The notes under the pieces are model-generated. The model was not told where the DNA came from. It worked only from the letters and a program-made list of their open reading frames with translations, and made no database searches. The position numbers and the translations under genes were made by a program. A stretch of 63,641 nt of DNA, counting the filler, from Octopus bimaculoides (taxonomy: Eukaryota), in the NCBI RefSeq assembly GCF_001194135.2. It is 7 parts of 6 records of this genome, joined end to end, with 100 filler letters (N's around TTAATTAATTAA, not from the genome) between each part and the next. Parts side by side here need not be neighbours in the genome. Positions count along the whole stretch, not along the records: positions 21,861 to 28,465 come from NC_068999.1; positions 28,566 to 50,510 come from NC_068984.1; 5 more parts are not named here. One strand, given 5' to 3'. Positions 24,597 through 37,378 of the stretch are shown here, piece after piece; position 1 is the first letter of the stretch, and each line of letters opens with the position of its first letter.

Positions 24597-25872
24597 CATA
24601 TAAGTATATATAGGTATAAGTATATGTATATATATATACATATATACATATGCTTATATACACGCATACACACATATATACGTAGAGATAAGTATATGTA
24701 TATATATATACACACACACACGCACACAGAGAGAGAGAAACTTACGAACAAGCATTTATATGCGCAAACATTATTTGAACATGTGTCTGTTTACACTCAC
24801 AGACACTCACATTTATAAGATTATGTATGTATGGATATACACACATATGAATATCAATTTCTAAGAATATTAATATCCATGACTACATATATATATGTCT
24901 TGTATGTCTCATGTGATTTTGCGCTAGTGTGTGTTTGTATGTGTGTTTGTGAGTAACTGTGGTTCCATGTTTGTGTTTACTTCGTCCCAGATCAACCACA
25001 TGCGACATGATTCACTTCAGTAAGAAAAATCATAGACAATACAACAAACAAACATTTTACAATATTAAAGATTCAACCACAACAGAAAGAAAGAAAGAAA
25101 GAAAGAAAGAAAAAATATATATCTTTGGGAATTAGACAATCTGCATTTCTTGTTGGTGGTTGAATTTACTTCGACTCATATGAATGATAGATGACACCGT
25201 ATGAAAATAATATGACAAAGATAACCAACAAACGCACCAACACCAACACTAACACCACCACCACCACCACCACCAAAAACAACAACAATAACAGCAATAG
25301 CAACAACAACAAAACAAAATCAATAAAGGTAACGAAACAAAACAGGACAACGGAATCAAAAACAAACAACAGGAGGAGGGGAAGAAAAAGAAGAGAAGGA
25401 GAAGAAGAAGAGGGAGAAGAAGAAGGGGAAGAAGAAGAAGAAGAAAACGAAAAGCATTAGAATATTGATATATGTCACAAAATACATACATACATTGGAT
25501 ATATATTAAATATATAAATGCATAAATACGTTGGTGTATACCTCTTATATGTATTATATATATATTATATAAATTATATATATATGTATATATATCTATA
25601 TCTCTGTCTCTCTCTCACTCTTTTTTCTCTCTGTCTCTCTCTCTCTCTCAATATATATATTTATATATACACTTTACCGATAAATATTTATGTATGCATG
25701 TGTATATTTACATATATGAATAAATATAAACGCACGAAATTTTATATGGAAATACATACTTACATGTGTGCGCCAAGGGATGGCTGCACGCGTATGTCTT
25801 TAGTTCAGGCAGTTTTTATTATTTATTTTTCGATGTTTTATTTTATTACTATCATTTTTTAAAATTATTATA

Positions 25873-25979
<107 letters not shown>

Positions 25980-27218
25980 TACTATATATTTTTTTTAATT
26001 TCTAGGACAATAGATTTGCAGGCGAAAGACGGCTGGCAATATATTGATCTTTCGTTTGGAAATAAAAGACAGATATAGAAGCTTCACGAATTGATTTCTT
26101 CCNNNNNNNNNNNNNNNNNNNNNNNNNNNNNNNNNNNNNNNNNNNNNNNNNNNNNNNNNNNNNNNNNNNNNNNNNNNNNNNNNNNNNNNNNNNNNNNNNN
26201 NNNNNNNNNNNNNNNNNNNNNNNNNNNNNNNNNNNNNNNNNNNNNNNNNNNNNNNNNNNNNNNNNNNNNNNNNNNNNNNNNNNNNNNNNNNNNNNNNNNN
26301 NNNNNNNNNNNNNNNNNNNNNNNNNNNNNNNNNNNNNNNNNNNNNNNNNNNNNNNNNNNNNNNNNNNNNNNNNNNNNNNNNNNNNNNNNNNNNNNNNNNN
26401 NNNNNNNNNNNNNNNNNNNNNNNNNNNNNNNNNNNNNNNNNNNNNNNNNNNNNNNNNNNNNNNNNNNNNNNNNNNNNNNNNNNNNNNNNNNNNNNNNNNN
26501 NNNNNNNNNNNNNNNNNNNNNNNNNNNNNNNNNNNNNNNNNNNNNNNNNNNNNNNNNNNNNNNNNNNNNNNNNNNNNNNNNNNNNNNNNNNNNNNNNNNN
26601 NNNNNNNNNNNNNNNNNNNNNNNNNNNNNNNNNNNNNNNNNNNNNNNNNNNNATATATATATAAGCATGTATATATATATAGAGAGAAATATACATATGT
26701 ATATATATGCATATACGTATGAACGAAAGCGTCTATTTTACGTATGCATATTGATATATGAATGTGCAGGGGGATAAGTTACTATGTACAATTATAATGA
26801 TCGGGGTTAGATGTACAATACATTTGTACTTTCATTTTCTCAATAAGGTCACCGTGTCAAATAATTTACGAGCCTATTGTCGAAGAATTGTATTTGTAAG
26901 TTGTACGTAAGTCAAATTCTTGGAAAGTTTTATCTCCAGCAACGTAATCATCATAATTGGTATAGCATTCTTCGATACGAAGACCGCATCATGGAAATAT
27001 CATTGTCGTCATCATTTCGCTATTGTCATTGTTGTTGTTGTTGTCGTGGGTTTTGACGTCGTTGCCATAGTCGTTACCCTAGCCATCGTTGCCGTTGTCA
27101 TAACCATCATCATCGTCATCGTCATCATCATCATCACCATCATCACCATTATCCTCCACCCCTTTCTCCTCCTCCTCCTCCTACTCATCATCATCATCAT
27201 CATCATCATCCCCACACC

Positions 27219-27252
<34 letters not shown>

Positions 27253-27353
27253 TNNNNNNNNNNNNNNNNNNNNNNNNNNNNNNNNNNNNNNNNNNNNNNN
27301 NNNNNNNNNNNNNNNNNNNNNNNNNNNNNNNNNNNNNNNNNNNNNNNNNNNNN

Positions 27354-27680
27354 GCCTTTAGTCGAAGTTATCGACATCAGGACTTATTGTTTGTAAGCCT
27401 AGTACTTATTCTATCAGTCGCTTTTGCCGAGTTACTAGCGTTACGGAGGCGTAAGCACGCAAACATCGGTGGTCAAGCGATGGTGGTGGGACAAACATTG
27501 ACACACACACACACACACATTACGTGCTTCTTTCAGTTTCCGTCAACCAAATCCACTCAGAAGGTTTTGGTCGGCCCGAGGCTATGGCAGATGACACTTG
27601 ACCAAGTTGCCACGCATTGGAACTAAACCCAGAACCATGTGGTTGGTAAGCTAGCTACATACCACACACCCACTCTTGAG
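27354..27680 (-). mobile_element. SINE family B, near-complete copy with internal (CA)n
   Basis: Reverse complement of 62337-62845. Head at 27600-27680 (CCCAGAACCATGTGGTTGGTAAGCTAGCTA..TACCACAC), core at 27530-27600, internal microsatellite, and 3' block at 27354-27495. Confidence 0.9.
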
Positions 27681-27681
27681 C

Positions 27682-27714
<33 letters not shown>

Positions 27715-27978
27715 CATGCATATACATATATGCATATATATATACATATATCATGCACGATGCCATAATATTTTCTAAGCTATTCAATTCCTGTAACGTC
27801 AAAATTCATATGGTGTTGAATTCTGAACTGAAACGGCTGTATGGAGGGTGTTAAAAGTTAATGGCTGGAATCGAAACTGTGCTTAGTAACTTTAAAGAGA
27901 AAATTAACGTTTCAAAAAGTTTTATATTTATGACTAAATTCTCTCTCTTATTCTCTCTCTCTTATTCTCTCTCTCTTA

Positions 27979-28025
<47 letters not shown>

Positions 28026-28216
28026 GTGCATATATACACATGTATATACATACATGCATGTAAACATATCTACATGTGTTTATTTGGTGGTTTCCATTTC
28101 TTTACAAAGGTCATCTCGTCAATAACTAAATATAGTTATCAGATTCCATATGAGTAACAAGTCCGTCGTTGGACAAATCGCCCCTACTGCAGATATTACA
28201 ATCATTTTATTATACA

Positions 28217-28307
28217 CTAGCAGAAATACCCGGCGTTGCCCGGGTTAAAGAGAATAATGAAATCTAAAAACGCCGTCTAGACTACGCATCATCTTTATAT
28301 ATAGAGA
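28217..28307 (-). mobile_element. Complete 91-bp non-autonomous Helitron
   Basis: On the minus strand it starts TC (TCTCTATATATAAAG...) and ends CTAG. A GC hairpin CCCGG-GCAACG-CCGGG lies 8 nt before the CTAG. It sits between A and T with no target-site duplication. These are the canonical Helitron terminal features. Confidence 0.85.
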
Positions 28308-28638
28308 TGTATATACACACACGCACCCAAACACACGTATATATATGTATATCAATATAAATATATGAAAGTCAATGAAGTTTCGTAAAAGAAGGTGATC
28401 ATGTACATACTTTCTTGCTGTTGTGATTAAAACACCTCATTGTAAACTATGTTCCTTGTTTTCCCNNNNNNNNNNNNNNNNNNNNNNNNNNNNNNNNNNN
28501 NNNNNNNNNTTAATTAATTAANNNNNNNNNNNNNNNNNNNNNNNNNNNNNNNNNNNNNNNNNNNNATCATCATCATCATCATCATCATCATCGTCATCAT
28601 CATCATCATCATCATCATCATCGTCATCATCATCATCG

Positions 28639-28670
<32 letters not shown>

Positions 28671-28716
28671 GTCATCATCATCATCATCATAGTCATCATC
28701 ATCATCGTCATCATCG

Positions 28717-28747
<31 letters not shown>

Positions 28748-31090
28748 TACCCTCATCATCATCATCGTCTTCATCATCTTCACTAGCAGTTATCATCATC
28801 AGCAACTTCATGATTATTTTCGTCACCATCATCATCATTATCATCATCACCATCGTTGTTATCGTCATCGTCGTCGTCGATGTCGTAGTCATCATCATTA
28901 CCACCATCGTCATCGTCATCATCATCAACATCATCGTCATCATCGTCGTCGCCGTGGTTGTCGTCGTCCAGTGTCATTACGCCCACGATAGGCAAGCACT
29001 GTGATCATCACTTCTGTCACCTCGGCTACAACGCTTCACAGTTCCACTTCCACCCCCACCCCATCATCGCCACCCTCATTATACCCAGTTATAACCAGCT
29101 TACTATTACGAGCAACTACACCAATACAAGCAACAATAATGCTAACAACAGCAAGCAGCAGAAGCAACATCAGCATCCGCAGCAGCATCTCCACCACCAC
29201 CACCACCGCCGCCGCCGCCGCCGCTGCCACTATCACCACCAACATACCACCACTACTAACATACCACCACTACCACGACTACCACCGTCACCGCTGACAC
29301 CACCACCACCACCNNNNNNNNNNNNNNNNNNNNNNNNNNNNNNNNNNNNNNNNNNNNNNNNNNNNNNNNNNNNNNNNNNNNNNNNNNNNNNNNNNNNNNN
29401 NNNNNNNNNNNNNNNNNNNNNNNNNNNNNNNNNNNNNNNNNNNNNNNNNNNNNNNNNNNNNNNNNNNNNNNNNNNNNNNNNNNNNNNNNNNNNNNNNNNN
29501 NNNNNNNNNNNNNNNNNNNNNNNNNNNNNNNNNNNNNNNNNNNNNNNNNNNNNNNNNNNNNNNNNNNNNNNNNNNNNNNNNNNNNNNNNNNNNNNNNNNN
29601 NNNNNNNNNNNNNNNNNNNNNNNNNNNNNNNNNNNNNNNNNNNNNNNNNNNNNNNNNNNNNNNNNNNNNNNNNNNNNNNNNNNNNNNNNNNNNNNNNNNN
29701 NACCGCCGCCGCCGCCGCCGCTGCCACTATCACCACCAACATACCACCACTACTAACATACCACCACTACCACGACTACCACCGCCGCCGCCGCCACCAC
29801 CACGACCACCACGACCATCACGACCACGACCACCACCACCACCGCTGCCGCCGCCGCTTTTTACCACCATTTCCACTCTCAAACCACCCGCCCAACAACT
29901 TGAGACTACTATAGAAGTTTTTCGTTTTGCACCGAGAGTCGTCGTGGAAAAGATGTTAAGTCTTATCGATTAGGAATTCCCCCGCTTCCACATTCTATAA
30001 ATAAGGAAAGTGTCAAAAAATATATTCCGTCTCGAACCTTTTCCCACTGCTAACTGATAAGAGCAATGTAAAGATGGTAGTTGTAACGGTGACAGCAATG
30101 CTTGTAGTGCTGACAGTGTGGTGGCTTGGGGTGATTATAACCGATGTGAATATAGTTGCGATGGTATGTTAGTATCTCCGGTTACCTTAACTACGGTGGT
30201 GATTGTAGTGGTGGAGTAGTAACAGTATGGGTGGTAGTGATGGTGATGACGATGATGCTGGTGGTAGAATAAGTGGTGGTGATGGTGGTAATGACGGGGT
30301 GGGTGTGGTGGTGGTAAGGATGGTGATAGTAGTGGTCATAGTGGTAGTGATGATGGTGGTGGTAGTAGCGGTGGTGGTAGTAGTGGTGGTGGTGGTGATG
30401 ATGATGATGATGGTGGTGGTGGTTGCGGTGATGCTGGTGGTAAGGATGGCAGTAGTGGTGGTGATGGTGGTAGTGGTAATGATGGTAGTGGTGATGACGG
30501 TGGTGGTAGCGATGGGAGTAATGACGGAGTGGTAGTAGTGTTGGTGGTGGTGTTAGTCTGGAATGATGGTGGTGGTAGTGGTCGTGGTAGTAGTTGTAAA
30601 GGTGGTCGTGGTAGTGATGATGATGATGATGATGATGGTGATGGAAGTGGTGATAAGAATGATGGTGGCGTTAGTGGTAATGATGATGATGATGATGATG
30701 GTAGTGGTGATGTTTGTGATGGTGATGATAATGGTTATGATAATGATAGTGGCGGCAGTGATGATGATGATGATGATCATGATGATGATGGTGGTGGTTG
30801 TGATAGTGGTGGTGATAATGTCTGTAAAGGTGTGGTTTGCAGCTTTGAGCAGTTTTGTTGCCGTAAATAGCCGATTGATTTGCAAGCTTGCAGTCTTGTC
30901 TCCTAAGTTCCATCATGGGCCACTAAAGAAGCGACAGGTTAATATCATGCCCAATTTAAAGACAATAAACCATCCTCTCAATCATTCTTCCAGAACGGAT
31001 TGTTTGACAGAGACAAAAGAAATCAATTACATAATTAGTGAGAAGTAATTAAGTAATTAGGTTTAAAATAGAAATTAAATTCTTTTTTGT

Positions 31091-31233
31091 GAACAGTGAA
31101 ACTCGGAGTAGAAAAAGCTATAAATAACAGTCTGTAAATATTGGCTTTAAAAACTTTTGGATAGAGAAAGTCGAATGCTGCATTCGACTTTTTCTATTAT
31201 TTGTAGCTTTATCTGCTTCGAGTTTCACCGTTC
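31091..31233. repeat. Near-perfect palindrome (~110 nt) with a ~33-nt insert in the left arm
   Basis: GAACAGTGAAACTCGGAGTAGAAAAAGCTATAAATAA (31091-31127) pairs with TTATTTGTAGCTTTATCTGCTTCGAGTTTCACCGTTC (31197-31233). The inner ATAGAGAAAGTCGAATGC-T-GCATTCGACTTTTTCTAT is centred on 31179. Confidence 0.92.
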
Positions 31234-31414
31234 CCCCCACCCAAAAGAATCATTTCACGTTCTGTCGAAGTTTCTAAATTCTTATAACTTCAGTGATTAG
31301 ATTATCCTAATATATTTCTGGTTCCATGTGGGTATATAGAAATTTTTCCATTCCTATTTTATTCTTATATCACATAGATATTGTCTATGATTCACGGATG
31401 ACTGGGTTGCTAGA

Positions 31415-31451
<37 letters not shown>

Positions 31452-31457
<6 letters not shown>

Positions 31458-31682
31458 CTTTACTACCCACAAGGGGCTACACACAGAGGGGACAAACAAG
31501 GGCAGATAAACGGATTAAGTCGATAAATATCGACCCCGGTGCGTAACTGGTACTTATTTAATCGACCCCGAAAGGATGAAAGGCAAAGTCGACCTCGGCG
31601 GAATTTGAACTCAGAACCTAGCGGCAGACGAAATACCGCTAAGCATTTCGCCCGGCGTGCTAACGATTCTACCAGCTCGCCG
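31452..31682 (-). mobile_element. tRNA-derived SINE family A, complete young copy
   Basis: Minus strand GAGCTGGTAGAATCGTTAGCACGCCGGGCGAAATGCTTAGCGG...TTCTGAGTTCAAATTCCGCCGAGGTCGACTTTGCCTTTCATCC has A-box-like and B-box-like elements. Homologous copies at 32752, 36408, 42037, 42737 and 54078. Confidence 0.92.
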
Positions 31683-31723
31683 TGTGNNNNNNNNNNNNNN
31701 NNNNNNNNNNNNNNNNNNNNNNN

Positions 31724-31766
<43 letters not shown>

Positions 31767-32129
31767 TGTGTGTGTGTGTGTGTGTGTAGTGAGGTTAGGA
31801 GCCCGGCTAAACGATTTTGAGTTCCTGTTCCATCTTTAGAAAATACACTCATCAATGCTTCACTCTACCTGTATCCACACAAGTTGTTGTGGTTGTTGTT
31901 GTTGGTGGTAGTAGTCTTATTTAGTCCAGGTCTACTCTGATCGAGAAGATTGAGGATTAAAAGCGCTTCAGCTCTGACTAACCCAACTTTGAGGATTACA
32001 TTGAACAATGTACTCTACTATATTTAAGACAGGACGGTGTGATTTGAAGGAAATTTTGTATCTATTTTTAACAGTGAAACAGCCCGATCTGTAAGAAGTA
32101 TTATAGGGAAGGAGAATCCATCACTATTT

Positions 32130-32560
32130 TAGTGATTAGCAGTGCTGGGTGTAGTTCTAAAGAGGCGATGTTAATACAAATAATGCTACAGATTGTAGAG
32201 CGAAGATTGTAAAGTCGAAGTGGTTTTTATGGGAATCGAATGTGAATTGGCAACAACATATACAAGTTGATGCCTTTATAGAGACCTGCCGAAAGTTAGC
32301 GAAAAGATCAGGTAAAGGCGGCTGTGACTATATGGTCACTACGTGCTCCACCCTCAAATGGAAGCATCCAAATTAGATTTGTGAAACCCACTTCGTGGTG
32401 ATGTATGAAGAGGAAAACATCGTCACACTTACATCGACAACTTGATCGCAGACACTAGCCTGCAATGTATCCAGGATCTCGAGGTAGTGGTGTTGGACCG
32501 AGAAGTGTGGCGGGTAGACTCTGTTGTTGCGGCCCGGACTGGAACCCGGCCATAAAAAAA
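32130..32560 (+). mobile_element. RTE-clade LINE 3' fragment
   Basis: Across frameshifts: NVNWQQHI...LYRDLPKVSEKIR*RRL*LYGHYVLHPQMEASKL..RGKHRHTYIDNLIADTSLQCIQDLEVVVLDREVWR. This is the typical RTE ORF C-terminus (RGRP..TYID.L..DT...M.DR..WR). Confidence 0.75.
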
Positions 32561-32751
32561 AAATTTGGGATGTTATGTTTCTTATCTTGTTTTGATTTCC
32601 AATTGCAGATATTTCACTTTCGTTATGTTGTTGCTAATGTCCAGGATAAGAGTATCGGCAGTTGCAGCAACCATTTTTAGATAATTACAAATCAGGTTTT
32701 ATTCTTACCTGCATTATTAGCCTGGTTGTGACGCTAAACGATTGGAACAAT

Positions 32752-32972
32752 CTATATTGGTTTCAAATTTTGGCACAAGGCCAGAAATTTTGGGAGAAGG
32801 TGTAAGTCGATTAAATCGACCCCAGTGCTCAACTGGTACTTATTTTATCAAGCCAAAAGGGGATGAAAGACAAAGTCGACCTCGGTGGAATTTGAAAACA
32901 GATCGTAAAGATGGGCGAAACGCTGCTTAACATTTTGCCTGGCGTGCTAATGATTCTCGCAGCTGGCCGTCT
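32752..32972 (-). mobile_element. SINE family A copy
   Basis: ATCGACCCCAGTGCTCAACTGGTACTTATTTTATC...AAAGTCGACCTCGGTGGAATTTGAA, homologous to 31452-31682. Confidence 0.88.
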
Positions 32973-33112
32973 TAAGAGCGATCTACATTGAAGATCTCTA
33001 ATTGAAAAAAGCCAACATAAATTCTTGGTTAGTTAGTTGGTTGATTTCTCAAGTCACACTTTACATTGTGTAGGGAGAAGGGGAAAAAAACGAAAAGAAA
33101 AAAGTGGGAGAG

Positions 33113-33193
<81 letters not shown>

Positions 33194-36100
33194 ACAAGAG
33201 GTATAGAATGGGTGTCTTATAACTTGCTTGAAAATTTTTTTACAGACAGGTTTTTGATGGCACAGATTACGATTATTTTGATAAGATTTAGAAAATATAA
33301 TAACATATTTATTGCAAATATACAAATGAGAAATTTATTTTATTTAATTTGATTTAAAAATGATAAATATCTTTCTTTTGAAAAATTAGTTTTCACTTTA
33401 TCATTTTGTATAAGCACCAAGAAATTCGATAAGACTTAAATTATAATTATTGTATGCATACCATATTTCCTGACGTTACTCACGATGGCAAAAGTATACG
33501 TCCAAAGTTATCCTTATATATAACGGGTAACACCTTAGTATCAGTGTAAGAAATAACTTTCAGAAATATTTCAGTTGTTATAAATTGAATTATTATTACA
33601 CTCTATTCCATTTCCTAGCGACAATAAATTCTGTTTTCAACTTTAATAATATTATCGTCGGGCATTCTCTAATCACTTCTTGTTGCAAGAAACATTTGCA
33701 ACCCTGTTTCAATTTACGGATGTATTTAGTTTATGTAACTGACAGGAACTAGTTTTTTGGAGAAAAGTATGAACATTACATTCCACCTTTTACTGTGTTT
33801 CTGCTAAGACATTTTCATGAAGAGAAATAAAAAAAAACTATATAATTTTTATATGACGTTGCTGGTGAGAAATAAACTGTTTAATGAACAAAAACAGAAG
33901 TTTATTACAAAGGAGAGGAGAAGTAAGAATTTTGGACGCTCATACGCCATAAAATCTTTATAGAGAGTCAAGTAAAATGGATACACCCGAGAACTGAAAT
34001 AGGTTTTGGATTCTGCTTGTTCAGAACTTCTGACTTCAAGTTGAACATTACAACGTAAAAGTAAGTAGTTGAAACTGAAAATAGAATTTGTTGACGTTCA
34101 GGAACGAAATTAGGTGATATAAAATGATGTACAATAGGAATGTTTCAGAAAGTAAATTTCTGGCATAGTAACTTTGGTAAGGTCATCTAGCAGGTCATTT
34201 GGAAATCTAAATATAGGCATTTTATTGATTTGGGAAAGATTGATGCGAAGAGATGTTCGCGTATATAAATTCTTTCATAAGCTGATTATTTCATTTATTT
34301 CTCGTTCAAGACCACCCTGGGAAGTGTTCTTTAATGAAGTTCATTCTATATAAATTTATGTGAATTAAAAAGTGAACCACCTACATGTAACATCTCAAAT
34401 TAAGAGCTAAATATACAAATAAAAGGAACCGATTCCGACTTATAGTAAATCTTATAAACCAAATGAACGACTCGGTTTCAATTTACCAGTTCACACCATT
34501 AGAATTGCAATACCATTGAACTTGAGAAATTCATAACAGTTACAATTTTTCATTTTATTTTTCATAAATGTGTAGGCTACATAGAATCGGTTATCGGGCG
34601 GAGGTAACTAGTTTAGAGACTGTTGAGAGTTTGGCCCAGCAGCGGCTTAACGATAGTTTAATATCGGAACATTGCTGATGTACCAAAAACTGCCTTAAAA
34701 CTTATTGTGAAAAATATTCTGTATCTAAGATGGATTAATCAATTTATTCTTTCTATCCATTCTCTGTAATTTGTATTGGAAATCGAAACGAAAAGTAAGC
34801 ATACTTACCAAGTTATTAAACATATTCACAGGCACAATCTCTTGGAGATGACCTCCCAATAAGTTTTCTTTTCACGAATCAATTTTTGGAAACAACTGTT
34901 TTGGTTCGATTATTTTCTGTATTTGAATGATCAAGACCATGGTATTACAATCTTCTATCTTATTTCCTTCACCGTTTCTTTTGCATGTTTTAGTTGAAGA
35001 TTCTTATTAAATACATTATATCTTTCTCAGAAATTATTTTCAGAAAGCAACAGTTCGTTATTCTCAGAATGCTTTGATATGAATAATTTCCCAAATGTAG
35101 ACTCTAAAGTCGTAAATAACGTTTGTTGCTAGATTAAGAAAAAATGTTTGTTGCCACAAGTACAGGGCCAAAAAATCTTGCTGAAAGCTGCAATCAAGTC
35201 TACTGGCAACAGTACTTATTTCATCACTTCCAGACTGAGTTGCATGAGCGAACTGACCTCGATGGAATTTGGAGTAAAAGTAAATTGTTCGTTGCTCAGC
35301 CTTTCTACCATTTACTACCCCGTCGAAACAGAATAAGAGTTGATAAGAAATTAACTCACCACATCATATACTCAATTATTTTATTGTAATCTAAATTCTA
35401 TTTCCTTAATGATAAATCATTACCAGTCTCCGATAAGTCTAGCATCGGTTCTCTTGTGTGTTGTCTAAAAGAAATGATATCTCTGGGCTTTATTTAACAA
35501 ATGTTTCATTGTAATAATAATGGTCACCTTCATTATTACAGGAGTTGCATCAGATCAAGTTAATCTTTACCCAATTATTGTCATTGCATTTCGTCCATCG
35601 CCAAGACACATGGCTCCAACTGCTGCTCTCTTCACCTAGCAGTAAATAGAGGTGATAGGTTGCTACCGTTGTTGTCGTCTAGCTCCAGGCAAACCTCTGA
35701 TACAGTAAGCTTGTAATCAAAGACTTCCAATGACAACCGTTCCGTGGTTTTGTAAATTTAACTGATGTAAGTTCACAAAGAACTGTATCAATAGCGAAGA
35801 TGAAAGTGTCATTATCGTGTAATGTAGTTTACTCCAAGGTGTTCGTCGTTAATTGGTAGAACAGTCAATGAATTAAGTGACTTCTCTGTGCAAGTTAGAA
35901 TTTAAAAGCTTTAATTTAATGAACGTTACTATTACTCCTACTGAATTAACTTTAATAGTGATTAGCGGAACTTGAGTTTTGTAATTAAAGTTACTTGGCA
36001 TTAATTATTACCTGGTATTAATACAGTTGTTAACTTTAAAGCATCTTTGGAATTAAATAATTCCAAAACATTGTTGTTTGCAGATTGCAATTTGAGTGCT

Positions 36101-36407
36101 GCCTAATTACACTTCCGACAACTTTGCCTATAAACATCCTATAAACACAGAGAAAGGAAATTTCAAATGAAGCCACAACACAGGCTTTGACTAATGCATG
36201 ATTGAGTCAAAAGTTCAATAGTACAACAGCCTACTTGCCTACTTAATTCATTCTTTCAAGTATGTTACTATATTTTCTAAATAAATACTTTCAACTTGCA
36301 TTTCATTTGGAGATAATACAAACGATGCAGAGTGCGCAGCCGGCAGAGCTTGAATGAAAACCAGTGAAGAGGTTAGTTCATATCTTACAATAAGTACTGA
36401 ACTGTGT

Positions 36408-36612
36408 TATTGGTTTCAAATTTTCGCACAAGGCCAGCGATTTGAGGGTGGGGGAGGAGTAAGCCGATTATTTCGACCCCAGTGCTCAACTGTTACTTAT
36501 TTTATCGACCCCAAAAGGAAGAAAGGTAAAGTCGACATCGGTGGCGGAATTTGGCCTCAGACGGACGAAATGCCGCTAAGCATTTTCCAGACGTGCTAAC
36601 GATTCTGCCAGT
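36408..36612 (-). mobile_element. SINE family A copy
   Basis: Same blocks as 32752-32972, ending GTGCTAACGATTCTGCCAG. Confidence 0.88.
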
Positions 36613-37159
36613 TTTTATGGCAGAATATTTTTATCAAATATTCTCGCTAATGCGTTTCACAAAATAAAATAATTCGCAGTAGCACAGAAAAAGAATTTTA
36701 TACAGTTATGTACCATAACCGATCACTTTGGCAATATCATTACTGAGTTGAACAAGTATCAGCCCTATAGTAACGATTTTTTTGGTCTGTATTTCCAATA
36801 TTTTCTTCGCAGTATCGACTATTCGCGTTGTACATAAACAACTTCTGACAGTTTACAACACTTTTACTACTCACCGCTGATAAAACCTTCACGATGCACA
36901 GACGAGTACTTAATTGGGAGAAAGAAACAGTTTTCAGAGACTGTGTATAGGATGTAAATATTTCATTTTTTGCAGATCTAGACTATATTGTTTTACTGTC
37001 TCTCCAGTGGTACCAATCAATCTATCTAAAATTGATATTTTTAATTTTTTAAAGATTTTCGCACATTTGTTTTGCAACAAGAATAATTCTCTGCCTCATT
37101 ATCAACTCACTAATGTACTTTGCCTTTTCTTTCTTTCTTTTTTCTTATTCTTTCCCCTG

Positions 37160-37190
<31 letters not shown>

Positions 37191-37239
37191 ATACATATGT
37201 ATGTATGTTTGTGTGTGTGTGTTTGCATGTATGTATAAA

Positions 37240-37378
37240 CGGCGTGGCAAGAAGTTTGCTTCTCAATCACATGGTTCCGGGTTCAGTGCCACTGCATGGC
37301 ACCTTGTGCAAGTGTCTTGTACTATAGCCGCGGGCCAAATAAAGCCTTCTGAGTAGACCTGGTTGAAACCCATCGCGT
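37240..37378 (+). mobile_element. SINE family B, 5' half followed by (TATG)n and a gap
   Basis: GTGGCAAGAAGTTTGCTT...CACATGGTTCCGGGTTCAGTGCCACTGCATGGCACCTTG.GCAAGTGTCTT aligns with 62345-62470. Confidence 0.85.

Larger units (their letters stand above)
26940..30830. repeat. Large cryptic trinucleotide low-complexity domain: (CAT/CAC/CGC)n at 26940-27253 and 28567-29860, (GAT/GGT/GTA)n at 30075-30830
   Basis: Direct reading. It generates the poly-M/D/H/V/I ORFs in the track. It is interrupted by a SINE, a mini-Helitron, unique sequence and gaps. Confidence 0.95.

Noticed and set aside
25191-25460. 89-aa ORF with T/N runs and an acidic tail
   Set aside because: It is a compound (ACC)(AAC)(AGG)(GAA) microsatellite with no other coding evidence.
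28514-31048. Poly-Asp, poly-Met, His/Gln-rich and Gly/Asp-rich ORFs (e.g. 28958-29914, 30529-30870)
   Set aside because: Trinucleotide low-complexity DNA is open in most frames on both strands. There are no splice signals or non-repetitive domains to support coding.
34024-34059. 36-nt plus-strand segment between a good acceptor and GTAAGT
   Set aside because: Stops occur in all three frames; at most a non-coding exon, with no support.
35830-36065. Cluster of TAAT/ATTA homeodomain-like sites
   Set aside because: This is expected by chance at this AT content; no independent support.
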